The notes beneath the pieces were generated by a model. The model worked only from the letters and a program-made list of their open reading frames with translations, did no database searches and was not told the DNA's origin. Source: a virus (taxonomy: Duplodnaviria > Caudoviricetes). From it: a stretch of 64,000 nucleotides of DNA. The DNA lies in the IMG/VR virus record IMGVR_UViG_3300029705_000041. One strand, 5' to 3'. Below are positions 27,971 to 37,417 of the stretch, one piece after another. The translations under genes and the position numbers were made by a program. Each line of letters begins with the position of its first letter. Positions within the stretch are counted from its first letter, which is position 1.

Positions 27971-27998
27971 TATACAATATATACAAGACAGAAAAAGT
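27932..27998 (+). promoter_or_regulatory. sigma-A promoter with conserved box upstream and second box at the start site
   Basis: TTGACA 27950-27955, 17 bp, TACAAT 27973-27978, AAGACAGAAAAAGT 27985-27998. Confidence 0.75.
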
Positions 27999-28147
27999 CT
28001 TGAAAGAGGTGTAAGAACAATGATAGAAGAAAACAATTGTTGTGTAATGTGCGGCAATATTATTCCTGAAGGAAGTCATTGTTGCTCTTTATGTAATTCA
28101 AAATACGATGATTCAGTTATTGTGTTTGTAAAAAAGGAGAAAAGAAT

Positions 28148-28816
28148 ATGTTCTTTGCTAAAAAGAATAAAAGAGAGGATATTAAAAAGATGAGAATTAC
28201 AGTTGACAATGCAAATTTCGCAATAGAAAATGGCAAATTAATTATTGATATAAACGCCACGGATATTGAAGCTCTTATCAGAAATGGCAAAGTCCCGCTA
28301 GGAACACTAAAACCTAAAGACATCTTTAAAATAGATGATAAAGAGTTTATTGTATTAGACAAAAATGAAAACGGAGTAGTTATTATCAGTAAAGAATTTA
28401 CGCATTCAATGAAGTTTGGAGAAAATGCAGATTGGAAACAGAGTGCCATTAGAAAAAAATTGAATGGAGAATATCTGAATGAAATTGCAAAATCTGTCGG
28501 TGAAAATAATATTAAAATTATGAACAGAGATTTATTATCTATGGATGGACTTGATGATTATGGCGAATGTGAAGATAAGATTAGTCTCTTAACGATGGAT
28601 GAGTATAGGAAATACCATAAAATACTCGGAGTAAATAAGAAATATAACGATTGGTGGTGGACTATCACTCCTGCATCAACTCCGCAAAATGGATATTCTC
28701 GTTACGTTTGCTGTGTCCGTTCCTATGGTGTTCTTGGCTGGCTTGGCTGTGACTGTTGCGACGGTGTTCGTCCGTTTTTGACCCTTGATTCTTCTGTCTT
28801 AGTTTCTTTAAACTAA
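28148..28816 (+). CDS. DUF6273-like protein, putative DGR target
   Basis: ISLLTMDEYRKY, WWWTITP, C-terminal GVRP; adenine-depleted 3' end. Confidence 0.7.
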   Translation: MFFAKKNKREDIKKMRITVDNANFAIENGKLIIDINATDIEALIRNGKVPLGTLKPKDIFKIDDKEFIVLDKNENGVVIISKEFTHSMKFGENADWKQSAIRKKLNGEYLNEIAKSVGENNIKIMNRDLLSMDGLDDYGECEDKISLLTMDEYRKYHKILGVNKKYNDWWWTITPASTPQNGYSRYVCCVRSYGVLGWLGCDCCDGVRPFLTLDSSVLVSLN

Positions 28817-28817
28817 T

Positions 28818-29261
28818 TCAAAATAAATAGTTATCTATCCAATTTTTAAATTGTGATAAAACTTTAACTTCTAAAGTAGATGTGCAAAAAGCATTTCGTG
28901 TTAATAACATTTTATATCGTTCAAAACGCTTATGACATAATTCGATTGGCAATTCGGTAATTCGATTGATTTCAGCAGCGTTTGTGATTTTAAAAGATTT
29001 TAAGATTATCATTGGCGAAAGAATTCTTATTGCTAAGATTTTACTAAAAGAATCATTATATCCAAAAAGTTTTAATATGTTTTTTGATACTATTAATGTA
29101 TTTTCATATCTACTTTTTGAAGCATCAATCAGTGTTTCAAAATTATATAAGGCAGCAATTTTACTAATGTCTACCGGTAAACTTTTGATATTGGCATCAA
29201 TAAGTAAATCCCATGCAAGATTTCTTATATGTTTGTATTGTTGTTTATCCAAAAAAATCAC
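28818..29261 (-). CDS. degenerate ImmA/IrrE-like protein (no HExxH)
   Basis: LPVDI N-terminus and overall resemblance to the adjacent ImmA. Confidence 0.55.
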   Translation of the reverse strand: MIFLDKQQYKHIRNLAWDLLIDANIKSLPVDISKIAALYNFETLIDASKSRYENTLIVSKNILKLFGYNDSFSKILAIRILSPMIILKSFKITNAAEINRITELPIELCHKRFERYKMLLTRNAFCTSTLEVKVLSQFKNWIDNYLF

Positions 29262-29299
29262 CTCTTTGAATATAATATTTCCAAAGAGATGATAATTTA

Positions 29300-29905
29300 T
29301 TAGTGTTTAGAGTTGTAAGCTCTTACCATATCATTTTCCCAGGCTGTCTTAACTCTTGTATGTAACCATTTGATATATTGTTTATATCTATATAGTGAGG
29401 CTTCGCTAGATAAACCAAATATATTCTGTATATCAATAGCTGATTGAATATTCAAAAGTTTAAAAAGAGGAAATGGTGCCAAAAGTGTTGCTGCAAAATA
29501 ATCTGCTTCTGCTTCATATTCAGAATTAGAATTTTTTGCTAAATTGTTTTCTGATAATTTTGCATATGCAGAAAAAGCTAAGTGCTGGCAAATTACATGA
29601 CCTATTTCATGTGAACAAGTCCAACGTTGCCGCCCAATATTATTATTACCTTCAGTAGATTGATTACATAATATTAAATACCTGTTTTGAAGTATATCGT
29701 AATGAGTACATCCGGATTTGCTCTCACATATTTGTATAACATCCTCTATGGAACAATTGCTAATTTGAGCAAATTTTTGATATGACATATATTTACAATC
29801 AGGTATTAGTTTTAGCACTTCGTTTATATTTAAAGGGAAAGAAATAGTGGGAAGCATTAAATATATGTTTAATACTTGATTATTTATATAAGCGTACCTA
29901 ATCAT
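29300..29905 (-). CDS. ImmA/IrrE family metallopeptidase
   Basis: RQRWTCSHEIGH, EAEADYFAATLLAP. Confidence 0.9.
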   Translation of the reverse strand: MIRYAYINNQVLNIYLMLPTISFPLNINEVLKLIPDCKYMSYQKFAQISNCSIEDVIQICESKSGCTHYDILQNRYLILCNQSTEGNNNIGRQRWTCSHEIGHVICQHLAFSAYAKLSENNLAKNSNSEYEAEADYFAATLLAPFPLFKLLNIQSAIDIQNIFGLSSEASLYRYKQYIKWLHTRVKTAWENDMVRAYNSKH

Positions 29906-30267
29906 TTATTATTCTTATCCTCCTGTTGGTCTGAAAAAGCGTATTCAAAACCAAGCTTTAACATTTGCATCATTTTTTCTCTGTCATGTGCAGTCATCTT
30001 TTGTCTTGCACGTTGAAAAGAAATAATATCTTCATCACCGATGATTTCAGAAATAGAACTCTCAATATCTGAACGACCAAGTAAATAATCAATAGACACA
30101 TCGAAATAGCTGGCTACTTTAATAATTTTGTCAACAGAGGGAGAACTTACCTTTTCCCATTTTTTTATAGAAGAATTACCGAATCCCAAATCTGATTCTA
30201 ACTTAGTTATAGTAATTCCATGTCTGTTACATAATTGTTTTATTCTTTCATATAGAATACTAGCCAT
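29902..30267 (-). CDS. XRE-family HTH repressor
   Basis: ITKLESDLGFGNSSIKKWE, VASYFDVSIDYLLGRSD. Confidence 0.9.
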   Translation of the reverse strand: MASILYERIKQLCNRHGITITKLESDLGFGNSSIKKWEKVSSPSVDKIIKVASYFDVSIDYLLGRSDIESSISEIIGDEDIISFQRARQKMTAHDREKMMQMLKLGFEYAFSDQQEDKNNK

Positions 30268-30314
30268 ATTAAAAACTCCTTACAAAAATATCGGTCAAAT
30301 TTTCTAAAAAGGTA

Positions 30315-30407
30315 TTGACAAACAGAAAATAATCTGCTATTATATTATCAGACGAGATAATATGACCTTTTTTAAAATATTATATATAAAATTTTCTATT
30401 TTGTCAA
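30315..30407. promoter_or_regulatory. face-to-face promoter pair
   Basis: + strand: TTGACA 30315-20, TG-c-TATTAT 30338-43; - strand: TTGACA 30407-02, TATAAT 30384-79; both 17-bp spacers. Confidence 0.75.
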
Positions 30408-30424
30408 GATGTAAGTAAGAAAAA

Positions 30425-31459
30425 ATGGAGGAAAACATGAATATTGTACAAATTAACGAAGCAATTAAAGCTCCTGAATATGATTTTTTGAGAAATGATA
30501 AGAACCTAGGAGAAAATATTATTTTGCTAGGATTAGGTGGTAGTCATGCATATGGAACAGAGAATGAACACAGTGACCTTGATATTAGGGGGATAGCAAC
30601 AAATAGCAAACGCAACATTTTAATAAGAAAAGATTTTGAACAAGTAGTAGAACGAGAGACCGATACTACTATATATTCATTTGAAAAGATAGTTAAATTG
30701 TTATGCGAATGCAATCCGAATACAATTGAAATTTTAGGATTGAAACCGGAACATTATTTATATTTGTCACCCATCGGAAAAGAGTTACTTAAAAATAAAC
30801 ATCTTTTTCTATCAAAAAGAGCAATTCATTCATTTGGTGGTTATGCTAATTCTCAATTGAGAAGAATGGAGAATAAGTCAGCCAGATTAGTAGACCAAAC
30901 TAAGATGGAAGAAAATATCTTAAAAAGTATTCAACACGCAGATGTGGATTTCCGCAATAAGTATTTTGATATGCCGGAAGATAGCATAAAATTATATGTG
31001 GATGCATCTAACCAAGAAGAATATGATTCTGAAATATTTATGGATGTTACATTAAAACATTATCCATTAAGAGATTATAGTGCAATGTGGTCTGAAATGA
31101 ACAATATTGTTAAAGCATATTCAAAATTTGGAAAAAGAAATCAAAATGCAGTTGAGCATAATAAACTTGCAAAACATATGATGCATTTGGTTAGATTATA
31201 TCTTATGTGTTTTGATATATTAGAAAATGGTGAAATTGTTACTTATAGAGAAAAAGAGCATGATTTTCTAATGTCTATCCGAGCTGGCAAATATCTAGAT
31301 GAGCAGCGCCAACCAACTCCGGAATTTTATAAAATAGTAGATGAATTAGAAAAGAAACTAGAATTATTAAGTGCAAAAACAGACTTGCCGGAAAAAGTTG
31401 ATATGAGAAAGATTAATGATTTTGTTATGAGTGTGAACGAAAAAATTTGCATGAGATAA
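30425..31459 (+). CDS. Pol-beta superfamily nucleotidyltransferase
   Basis: GGSHAYG, SDLDIRG, NPNTIE, KHMMHLVRL. Confidence 0.85.
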   Translation: MEENMNIVQINEAIKAPEYDFLRNDKNLGENIILLGLGGSHAYGTENEHSDLDIRGIATNSKRNILIRKDFEQVVERETDTTIYSFEKIVKLLCECNPNTIEILGLKPEHYLYLSPIGKELLKNKHLFLSKRAIHSFGGYANSQLRRMENKSARLVDQTKMEENILKSIQHADVDFRNKYFDMPEDSIKLYVDASNQEEYDSEIFMDVTLKHYPLRDYSAMWSEMNNIVKAYSKFGKRNQNAVEHNKLAKHMMHLVRLYLMCFDILENGEIVTYREKEHDFLMSIRAGKYLDEQRQPTPEFYKIVDELEKKLELLSAKTDLPEKVDMRKINDFVMSVNEKICMR

Positions 31460-31481
31460 ACAGATAGGAGAGTGAATGTAA

Positions 31482-32426
31482 ATGGAAAGAAATGAAATTA
31501 TGAATTCTATTGCTCTGAAAAAAAGGTTTTGCAAAGATTGTAATTTGCCAATTACTGTTTTTGATAATCCGTATTTTCACGAAAGATTATGTACATTAGA
31601 CATAATGTTTGAATGTGTTGATAAATTTGAAGATTTTTGCGAAGAATTAAAAAGATTTAATAATGAGCAGGAATATTTTGAATTTTATAATGGAGTAAAG
31701 GATGCCGTTATTGATTATATTAAAAACAACGATAGTTACATAAAGTTTTCAAATGAGGAATTTAAAATTGAAACAGAATATAATAAACGAAATCTATATG
31801 TAGAAGAAAATGATGATAGAACATTTATTTCTTTAGATATGAAAAAAGCCAACTTTTCAGCATTGCATTATTATTCTCCGGAAATTTTCAGAAACTGTTC
31901 GACCTGGGAAGATTTCATGCAAACTTTTACAGATTGCAAACATATTATCGAAAGCAAATATATTCGTCAAGTAATCATGGGAGCTTGCAATCCTAAAAGA
32001 CAAATTCAGTACGAAAGATATTTGATGAATGAACTTATTAAAGAACTTGCTAATAATATTCCAACCTTGTATGTATTCAGTCTTGGAGAAGATGAAATAA
32101 TTTTACATACAGAAGATTGCGGGTATTGTTTAAGTAAGTTTTACGAAGTGTTAGAAAACCATCCGCTCGGAAAATATATCAGATTAACCATGTTTGATTT
32201 ATATAAAATTAAAGGCACTGATGGTTGGATGAAATACATATATAATTTTGATGCAGATTCTGATGTTGATGACAAAGTGGAATTCAAATGTTTAAATGCA
32301 GAAATATTCCACCAAATTATTAAACATTATTATAATGAGGTGATAACACCAAATGATTTGGTTTTTTATCACAATGGAGAACTTGCTGCATATTTAAAGG
32401 AAGTGGATAATCCATGGAAATCATAA
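31482..32426 (+). CDS. hypothetical phage protein
   Basis: 314-aa ORF, SLDMKKANF motif. Confidence 0.7.
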   Translation: MERNEIMNSIALKKRFCKDCNLPITVFDNPYFHERLCTLDIMFECVDKFEDFCEELKRFNNEQEYFEFYNGVKDAVIDYIKNNDSYIKFSNEEFKIETEYNKRNLYVEENDDRTFISLDMKKANFSALHYYSPEIFRNCSTWEDFMQTFTDCKHIIESKYIRQVIMGACNPKRQIQYERYLMNELIKELANNIPTLYVFSLGEDEIILHTEDCGYCLSKFYEVLENHPLGKYIRLTMFDLYKIKGTDGWMKYIYNFDADSDVDDKVEFKCLNAEIFHQIIKHYYNEVITPNDLVFYHNGELAAYLKEVDNPWKS

Positions 32427-33664
32427 AATTACCAGAATCGGTTCAATACATACTTAGTCGGCTCAATAAAAACAATTATGAAGCATATGTGGTGGGTGGA
32501 TGTGTAAGAGATAGTTTAATGAAAAGAATACCGCATGATTGGGATATTTGCACATCCGCTCTGCCGGAGCAAGTAATGGAAATATTTAACGAACATCAGA
32601 TAATTCCTACAGGTTTAAAGCATGGTACGGTCACAATAGTAATTGACAAGGAACCGTTTGAAGTAACAACATATCGAATTGATGGTGAATATGAAGATAA
32701 TAGACATCCCAAAAATGTTGTTTATACTAAAAGTTTGCATGAAGATTTAATGCGTAGAGATTTTACAATAAATGCACTGGCTTACAATCCAACTGAAGGT
32801 ATAATAGATATTGTTGGCGGAATTAAGGACATTAAAAATAAGACAATAAGATGTGTTGGTAATTCAGGAGAACGTTTTAGAGAAGATGCTTTACGTATGT
32901 TAAGAGCTATTCGTTTTGCGGCAAGGTACTCTTTTAGAATTCATCATAAAACCATATTCTCTATTCTTGCAAATAAAGAGTTGTTAAAGAATATATCAAT
33001 AGAAAGAATAAACTCTGAAATAATGAAAACATTATCAAGTAATTATGTTAATTCACGAATTTACTATTTACTTGCAACTTGTGTAAAACAAATTATTCCG
33101 GAACTTGATAATACTAATGTGGTGAATACTAGTTATAAAGTGGAAAGGTCTCCGGCTGATATTTATGTTAGACTGGCTTTATTATTTAATTTTGACCAAG
33201 AAAAATTGTTGGAAGTTTTAAAACAATTAAGGTTTGATAACGATACTATCAAAAAAGTTTGTAGTGTATCTAAGTTAGGTAAATATATTTGTTTTGAAAC
33301 TGCTGCCCCATTTAATATTGAGATACATCAAGAAAACCTATACAAATACCTTGCAAGGATTCTTATTAAAGAATTAGGTAATAAAATGGCAATTTCATCT
33401 ATTCATTTCGCAGCACTTTTGCAAGAATATAAATATAACGATATTATTCGTCTTATAGATTTTGTAAATACTGAAATTGAAAATAATTCATGTTGTAGTA
33501 TTGCACAAATGCAAATAGATGGCAATGATTTAGTTAATATAGGTTTTTGTGGAATAGAAGTAGGGAAATGTTTAAATACTTTGCTTGAAGAAATTATGCA
33601 AGACAAATTAGAAAACAACAGAGAATGTCTATTAAAAAGAGCAGAAGAATTGAGGAACTTATGA
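32414..33664 (+). CDS. cca: CCA-adding tRNA nucleotidyltransferase
   Basis: VGGCVRD, DWD, EVTTYR, RRDFTINA, EDALRMLRA. Confidence 0.9.
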   Translation: MEIIKLPESVQYILSRLNKNNYEAYVVGGCVRDSLMKRIPHDWDICTSALPEQVMEIFNEHQIIPTGLKHGTVTIVIDKEPFEVTTYRIDGEYEDNRHPKNVVYTKSLHEDLMRRDFTINALAYNPTEGIIDIVGGIKDIKNKTIRCVGNSGERFREDALRMLRAIRFAARYSFRIHHKTIFSILANKELLKNISIERINSEIMKTLSSNYVNSRIYYLLATCVKQIIPELDNTNVVNTSYKVERSPADIYVRLALLFNFDQEKLLEVLKQLRFDNDTIKKVCSVSKLGKYICFETAAPFNIEIHQENLYKYLARILIKELGNKMAISSIHFAALLQEYKYNDIIRLIDFVNTEIENNSCCSIAQMQIDGNDLVNIGFCGIEVGKCLNTLLEEIMQDKLENNRECLLKRAEELRNL

Positions 33665-33987
33665 TTTATGAATGTAAAAAGTGTGGTCAAACAGAGGTAT
33701 TTATAAAGCAAGTTGGAAATCAAACCGGATTATATTGTTTAAAATGCAGTGCCTGGATAAAATGGCTAACAAAAGCAGAAATCAAAAAAGTATATGAACA
33801 TATTAAAGAGCAATATAATGACAAAAATGTTTCGATAAGAACATTTATAAAAAAGAATGGTACTACAATAATAAGATGTTCTGAATGCGGATGTCAGCTT
33901 TATAATTCAAATACTCCACGACCACAAGGGCAATTTGACTTAATCGGTGCAAAATATTGTCCTCAATGTGGAAAAGAATTAATATAA
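33661..33987 (+). CDS. zinc-finger protein
   Basis: Four CxxC pairs. Confidence 0.65.
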   Translation: MIYECKKCGQTEVFIKQVGNQTGLYCLKCSAWIKWLTKAEIKKVYEHIKEQYNDKNVSIRTFIKKNGTTIIRCSECGCQLYNSNTPRPQGQFDLIGAKYCPQCGKELI

Positions 33988-34005
33988 GAAAGGAAAAATG
34001 AAAAT

Positions 34006-34548
34006 ATGAATGGTGCATTAGTGGTAAACCTTTTTGGTGTCCCTGGAGCCGGCAAAAGTACCGGAGCTGCATACATATTCTACAAACTAAAAGTAAATGG
34101 AATTAATGCTGAACTGGTAACAGAATTTGCAAAAGATAAAGTATGGGAAGAAAGTAATGAAGTTTTCAAAAATCAATCTTATATTTTTGGAAAACAATCC
34201 TTCAGAATGACGAGATGTGCAGATAAGGTTGATGTTATCATTACAGATAGTCCTCTACCTTTATCTATATTATATAACAACGATAAGCGATTAACCGAAA
34301 ATTTTAATAAATCGGTAATGGATGTATTCAATTCTTATGATAACGTTAATTATTTACTGATTAGAACAAAACCATATAATCCTTCAGGAAGAATACAGAC
34401 AGAAGAAGAATCTAATGCTCTCGGAGAGCCAATAAAGAAATTACTTTCAGATAGAAATATCGAATATAAGGTTGTAAATGGAGAGTGTAGTGGATATGAA
34501 AAAATAGTAGATGAAGTTCTACAAATTATGAAAAAAAGAAAAAAATAA
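34006..34548 (+). CDS. P-loop kinase (AAA_28/NadR-like)
   Basis: GVPGAGKST, ITDSP, GRIQ. Confidence 0.8.
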   Translation: MNGALVVNLFGVPGAGKSTGAAYIFYKLKVNGINAELVTEFAKDKVWEESNEVFKNQSYIFGKQSFRMTRCADKVDVIITDSPLPLSILYNNDKRLTENFNKSVMDVFNSYDNVNYLLIRTKPYNPSGRIQTEEESNALGEPIKKLLSDRNIEYKVVNGECSGYEKIVDEVLQIMKKRKK

Positions 34549-34559
34549 ATTTTTTAAAA

Positions 34560-34606
34560 AATAATTCAGAAAAAGTATTGACAAACAAAAGGAAGTGTGG
34601 TATAAT
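34560..34606 (+). promoter_or_regulatory. sigma-A promoter with conserved upstream box
   Basis: TTGACA 34578-83, 17 bp, TG-g-TATAAT 34601-06. Confidence 0.85.
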
Positions 34607-34637
34607 AAATTCAAGAATTAAATAAGGAGTGTTCAAA

Positions 34638-34832
34638 ATGCTATGCAGACATTGTAAAAAACAAATGAAACACGTATTAAGATTTGATAAAAATAAAATA
34701 TATGAATTCTATCGTTGTTCTAGATGTTATGCTGAAAGTAAAAAGCTGCCTTATTATTTTAAACAAGAAATAAGACAGAAAAAGTATAAAAAGATGAACA
34801 CTAAAACTGATAGCAGAGGTAAAAGGGAATGA
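34638..34832 (+). CDS. small zinc-ribbon protein
   Basis: CRHC...CSRC. Confidence 0.55.
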   Translation: MLCRHCKKQMKHVLRFDKNKIYEFYRCSRCYAESKKLPYYFKQEIRQKKYKKMNTKTDSRGKRE

Positions 34833-35500
34833 GTAAGAAAAGAGCTTTTACAGGATTAACTTTTAATTATGTCATTGACCAAGTGTTATTGAAAGCTAAA
34901 TTCAAAACAATAGAAGAATTTCTGGAGACTATTTTTCCAAAGAACAATAATCCTAAATCGCCAAATGATAATAGCGAAATATCAAACATTCGTTGGAAAA
35001 AATATCACATTGATACACGTGATAGTGTTAAAACGGTTGCTGATTTAAAGATTCTTTTAATTAATGAACCGGATGTGATAAATCCACCAAAGAAACCACC
35101 TAAAACTTTGCAGCTAATTCGCAAACAAAAATATTCTATTGAAGAAGTTAAAGAGACTGTAAAAGATGTTTTGTTTGAAACAGATGATAAAAAGGCACGA
35201 ATAGAATTTGACGGTGATTATATTAAAGGTAATAGTCAAAGATACCAAACATTCTTTACTGATGGAGTTAAATGTTCTTGTTGCGGTATAGAGGGTAAGT
35301 TCTTTGCAAAAGAAAGACATTCAACTTCAAAATGCTATCATTTAAACTTATATGCCGTTGATGATAATGGCATAGAAATCCTTATGACAAAAGACCACAT
35401 TATTCCAAAATCCAAGGGTGGGAAAAACCATTTGAGCAATTATCAAACAATGTGTTCAGTGTGTAACTCCCTTAAAGGAAATAGAATGGAGAATGAATAA
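34829..35500 (+). CDS. HNH endonuclease
   Basis: CSCC...TKDHIIPKSKGGKNHLSNYQTMCSVCN. Confidence 0.85.
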   Translation: MSKKRAFTGLTFNYVIDQVLLKAKFKTIEEFLETIFPKNNNPKSPNDNSEISNIRWKKYHIDTRDSVKTVADLKILLINEPDVINPPKKPPKTLQLIRKQKYSIEEVKETVKDVLFETDDKKARIEFDGDYIKGNSQRYQTFFTDGVKCSCCGIEGKFFAKERHSTSKCYHLNLYAVDDNGIEILMTKDHIIPKSKGGKNHLSNYQTMCSVCNSLKGNRMENE

Positions 35501-36813
35501 TGTATTGTGCTTATATAACAACAATTCGTGAACTAAGGAAACATAGTAATGCAGATAGATTGCAGTGTGCAACGATTTTTGGCAATAACGTCATAGTTGA
35601 TATGACATATAAATCGGGGGACAGAGTAATTTATTTTCCTGTTGACGGTCAACTTGGAAAAGAATTTGCAGATGATAATAATTTAGTTCGTAAAAAAGAT
35701 GCTGAAGGAAATAATATTGGTGGTTATTTAGACCCTAATAAAAGAAATATTACAGCTTTAAAATTACGTGGTGAACAATCAGATGGTTTAGTTTTGCCGA
35801 TAACTGTTTTAAGTAAATACATCAATGTAGACACTTTGACAGATGGAGAGCAAATAACAGTATTAAATGGATATGAAATTTGTAAAAAATACATTCCGGT
35901 TGGAAAACCACGTTCACATACATATACAACAAGTAAAACAAGAAAAAATAAAAAGGAAGAAAAACAAAAAATTACATATCCGTTTTTTGTAGAACACATA
36001 GACACTGCGCAACTTGCGTATAATCAGTCTGCATTTAAACCAGGAGATACTTGCTACATTACACTTAAAATGCATGGAACATCTGCTAGAACTATGAATG
36101 CAGTTGAGGTTACAAAAAGAAAAGCAAATCCGATTGCAAAAAAAGTTTTTAAAGTTAAAGACAAAGAAACAAGGCAATATAAGTGCGTAAGTGGAACAAG
36201 AAGAACCACGTTAAAAAATTATGATGGTGGTTGGTATGGTAGCAATGCATTTAGAGAAAAGTATCATGAATTCTTTAAAGAAAGACTCCCAAAAGGCGCA
36301 GAAATATTCTACGAAATTGTTGGCTGGATAAACGAAGATACAACAATAATGGGTAGATGTTCTAACAAGCTAATAAAAGATAAAGAATTTAGTAAGCAAT
36401 ATGGTGACGAAACTATTTTCTCTTATGGTTGCAATATTGGCGAAAGTGATTGTTATGTTTACAGAATGACACTAACAAATGAAGATGGCTTTGCCGTTGA
36501 GATTCCTTGGGAACAAGTATTGATAGAATGTGAAAAAATGGGAGTTAAATGTGTTCCTACATTTGAAAAATTCACATTTACAACTTGGGAAGATTTAATG
36601 GAAAGAGTTGAGAAATATTATGACGGTGCTGACCCTGTAGGCAAAAGTCATGTAAGAGAAGGTGTCGTTGTAAGAATTGATAACAGACCGAGTTTTACTG
36701 CTTATAAACATAAGAATTTCAGTTTCAAATGTTTAGAGGGAATTATCAAAGATACATCCGATGCTCCGGATATAGAAGAAGCAGAAGAACTCATTATAGA
36801 TGAAGTAATTTAA
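35500..36813 (+). CDS. RNA ligase (DRB0094/Rnl2-like)
   Basis: N-terminal HSNADRL OB-like region, KMHGTS motif I, YEIVG, EGVV, YKHK. Confidence 0.85.
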   Translation: MYCAYITTIRELRKHSNADRLQCATIFGNNVIVDMTYKSGDRVIYFPVDGQLGKEFADDNNLVRKKDAEGNNIGGYLDPNKRNITALKLRGEQSDGLVLPITVLSKYINVDTLTDGEQITVLNGYEICKKYIPVGKPRSHTYTTSKTRKNKKEEKQKITYPFFVEHIDTAQLAYNQSAFKPGDTCYITLKMHGTSARTMNAVEVTKRKANPIAKKVFKVKDKETRQYKCVSGTRRTTLKNYDGGWYGSNAFREKYHEFFKERLPKGAEIFYEIVGWINEDTTIMGRCSNKLIKDKEFSKQYGDETIFSYGCNIGESDCYVYRMTLTNEDGFAVEIPWEQVLIECEKMGVKCVPTFEKFTFTTWEDLMERVEKYYDGADPVGKSHVREGVVVRIDNRPSFTAYKHKNFSFKCLEGIIKDTSDAPDIEEAEELIIDEVI

Positions 36814-36814
36814 G

Positions 36815-37384
36815 GTGATACCAATGGTTATTGAAAATTTAGAAAATATCAATAAAGAATACAACTTAATCTATGCAGACCCACCCTGGAAACAATCTAA
36901 GGGTGGGAAGAAAAAGGTAAGAAGCAACAGTAGCGGAAAAGACTTGGATTATCCAACTTGTAGTTTAGACGAAATTGAAAGTCATCTAAAAGCTGTAAGT
37001 GATAATTCAGGGGGAAATAGTATTTTGTTTTTATGGACAATAGATAAATACTTATTTGAAGCACAAAGAATAGCTGAAAATCTTGGTTATAAACTTCATG
37101 CACGCATGATTTGGGATAAGGTTACAGGGATTCCGGCGGCTTTTACAGTAAGATATGGTCATGAGTATTTGCTCTATATGTATAAAGGAAAACTTCTTCC
37201 GGTTGCAAAGGAAGAAAGAGGCAAAATACATACGGTATTTCGGGAAAGAGTTACTAAACATAGTAAAAAACCTGAAATAGCATACGAAATTATTGAAAGA
37301 TTGTACCCTGATACTCAAAAGCTCGAAATGTATGCAAGGAACACAAGAGCAGGATGGGATTCATGGGGCAATGAAGTTGTGTAA
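36815..37384 (+). CDS. MT-A70 family adenine methyltransferase
   Basis: ADPPW, LFLW, HSKKP, EMYARNTRAGWDSWGNE. Confidence 0.9.
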   Translation: MIPMVIENLENINKEYNLIYADPPWKQSKGGKKKVRSNSSGKDLDYPTCSLDEIESHLKAVSDNSGGNSILFLWTIDKYLFEAQRIAENLGYKLHARMIWDKVTGIPAAFTVRYGHEYLLYMYKGKLLPVAKEERGKIHTVFRERVTKHSKKPEIAYEIIERLYPDTQKLEMYARNTRAGWDSWGNEVV

Positions 37385-37417
37385 ACAACAATATATTTTG
37401 AAAGAAGGATAAAGAAA

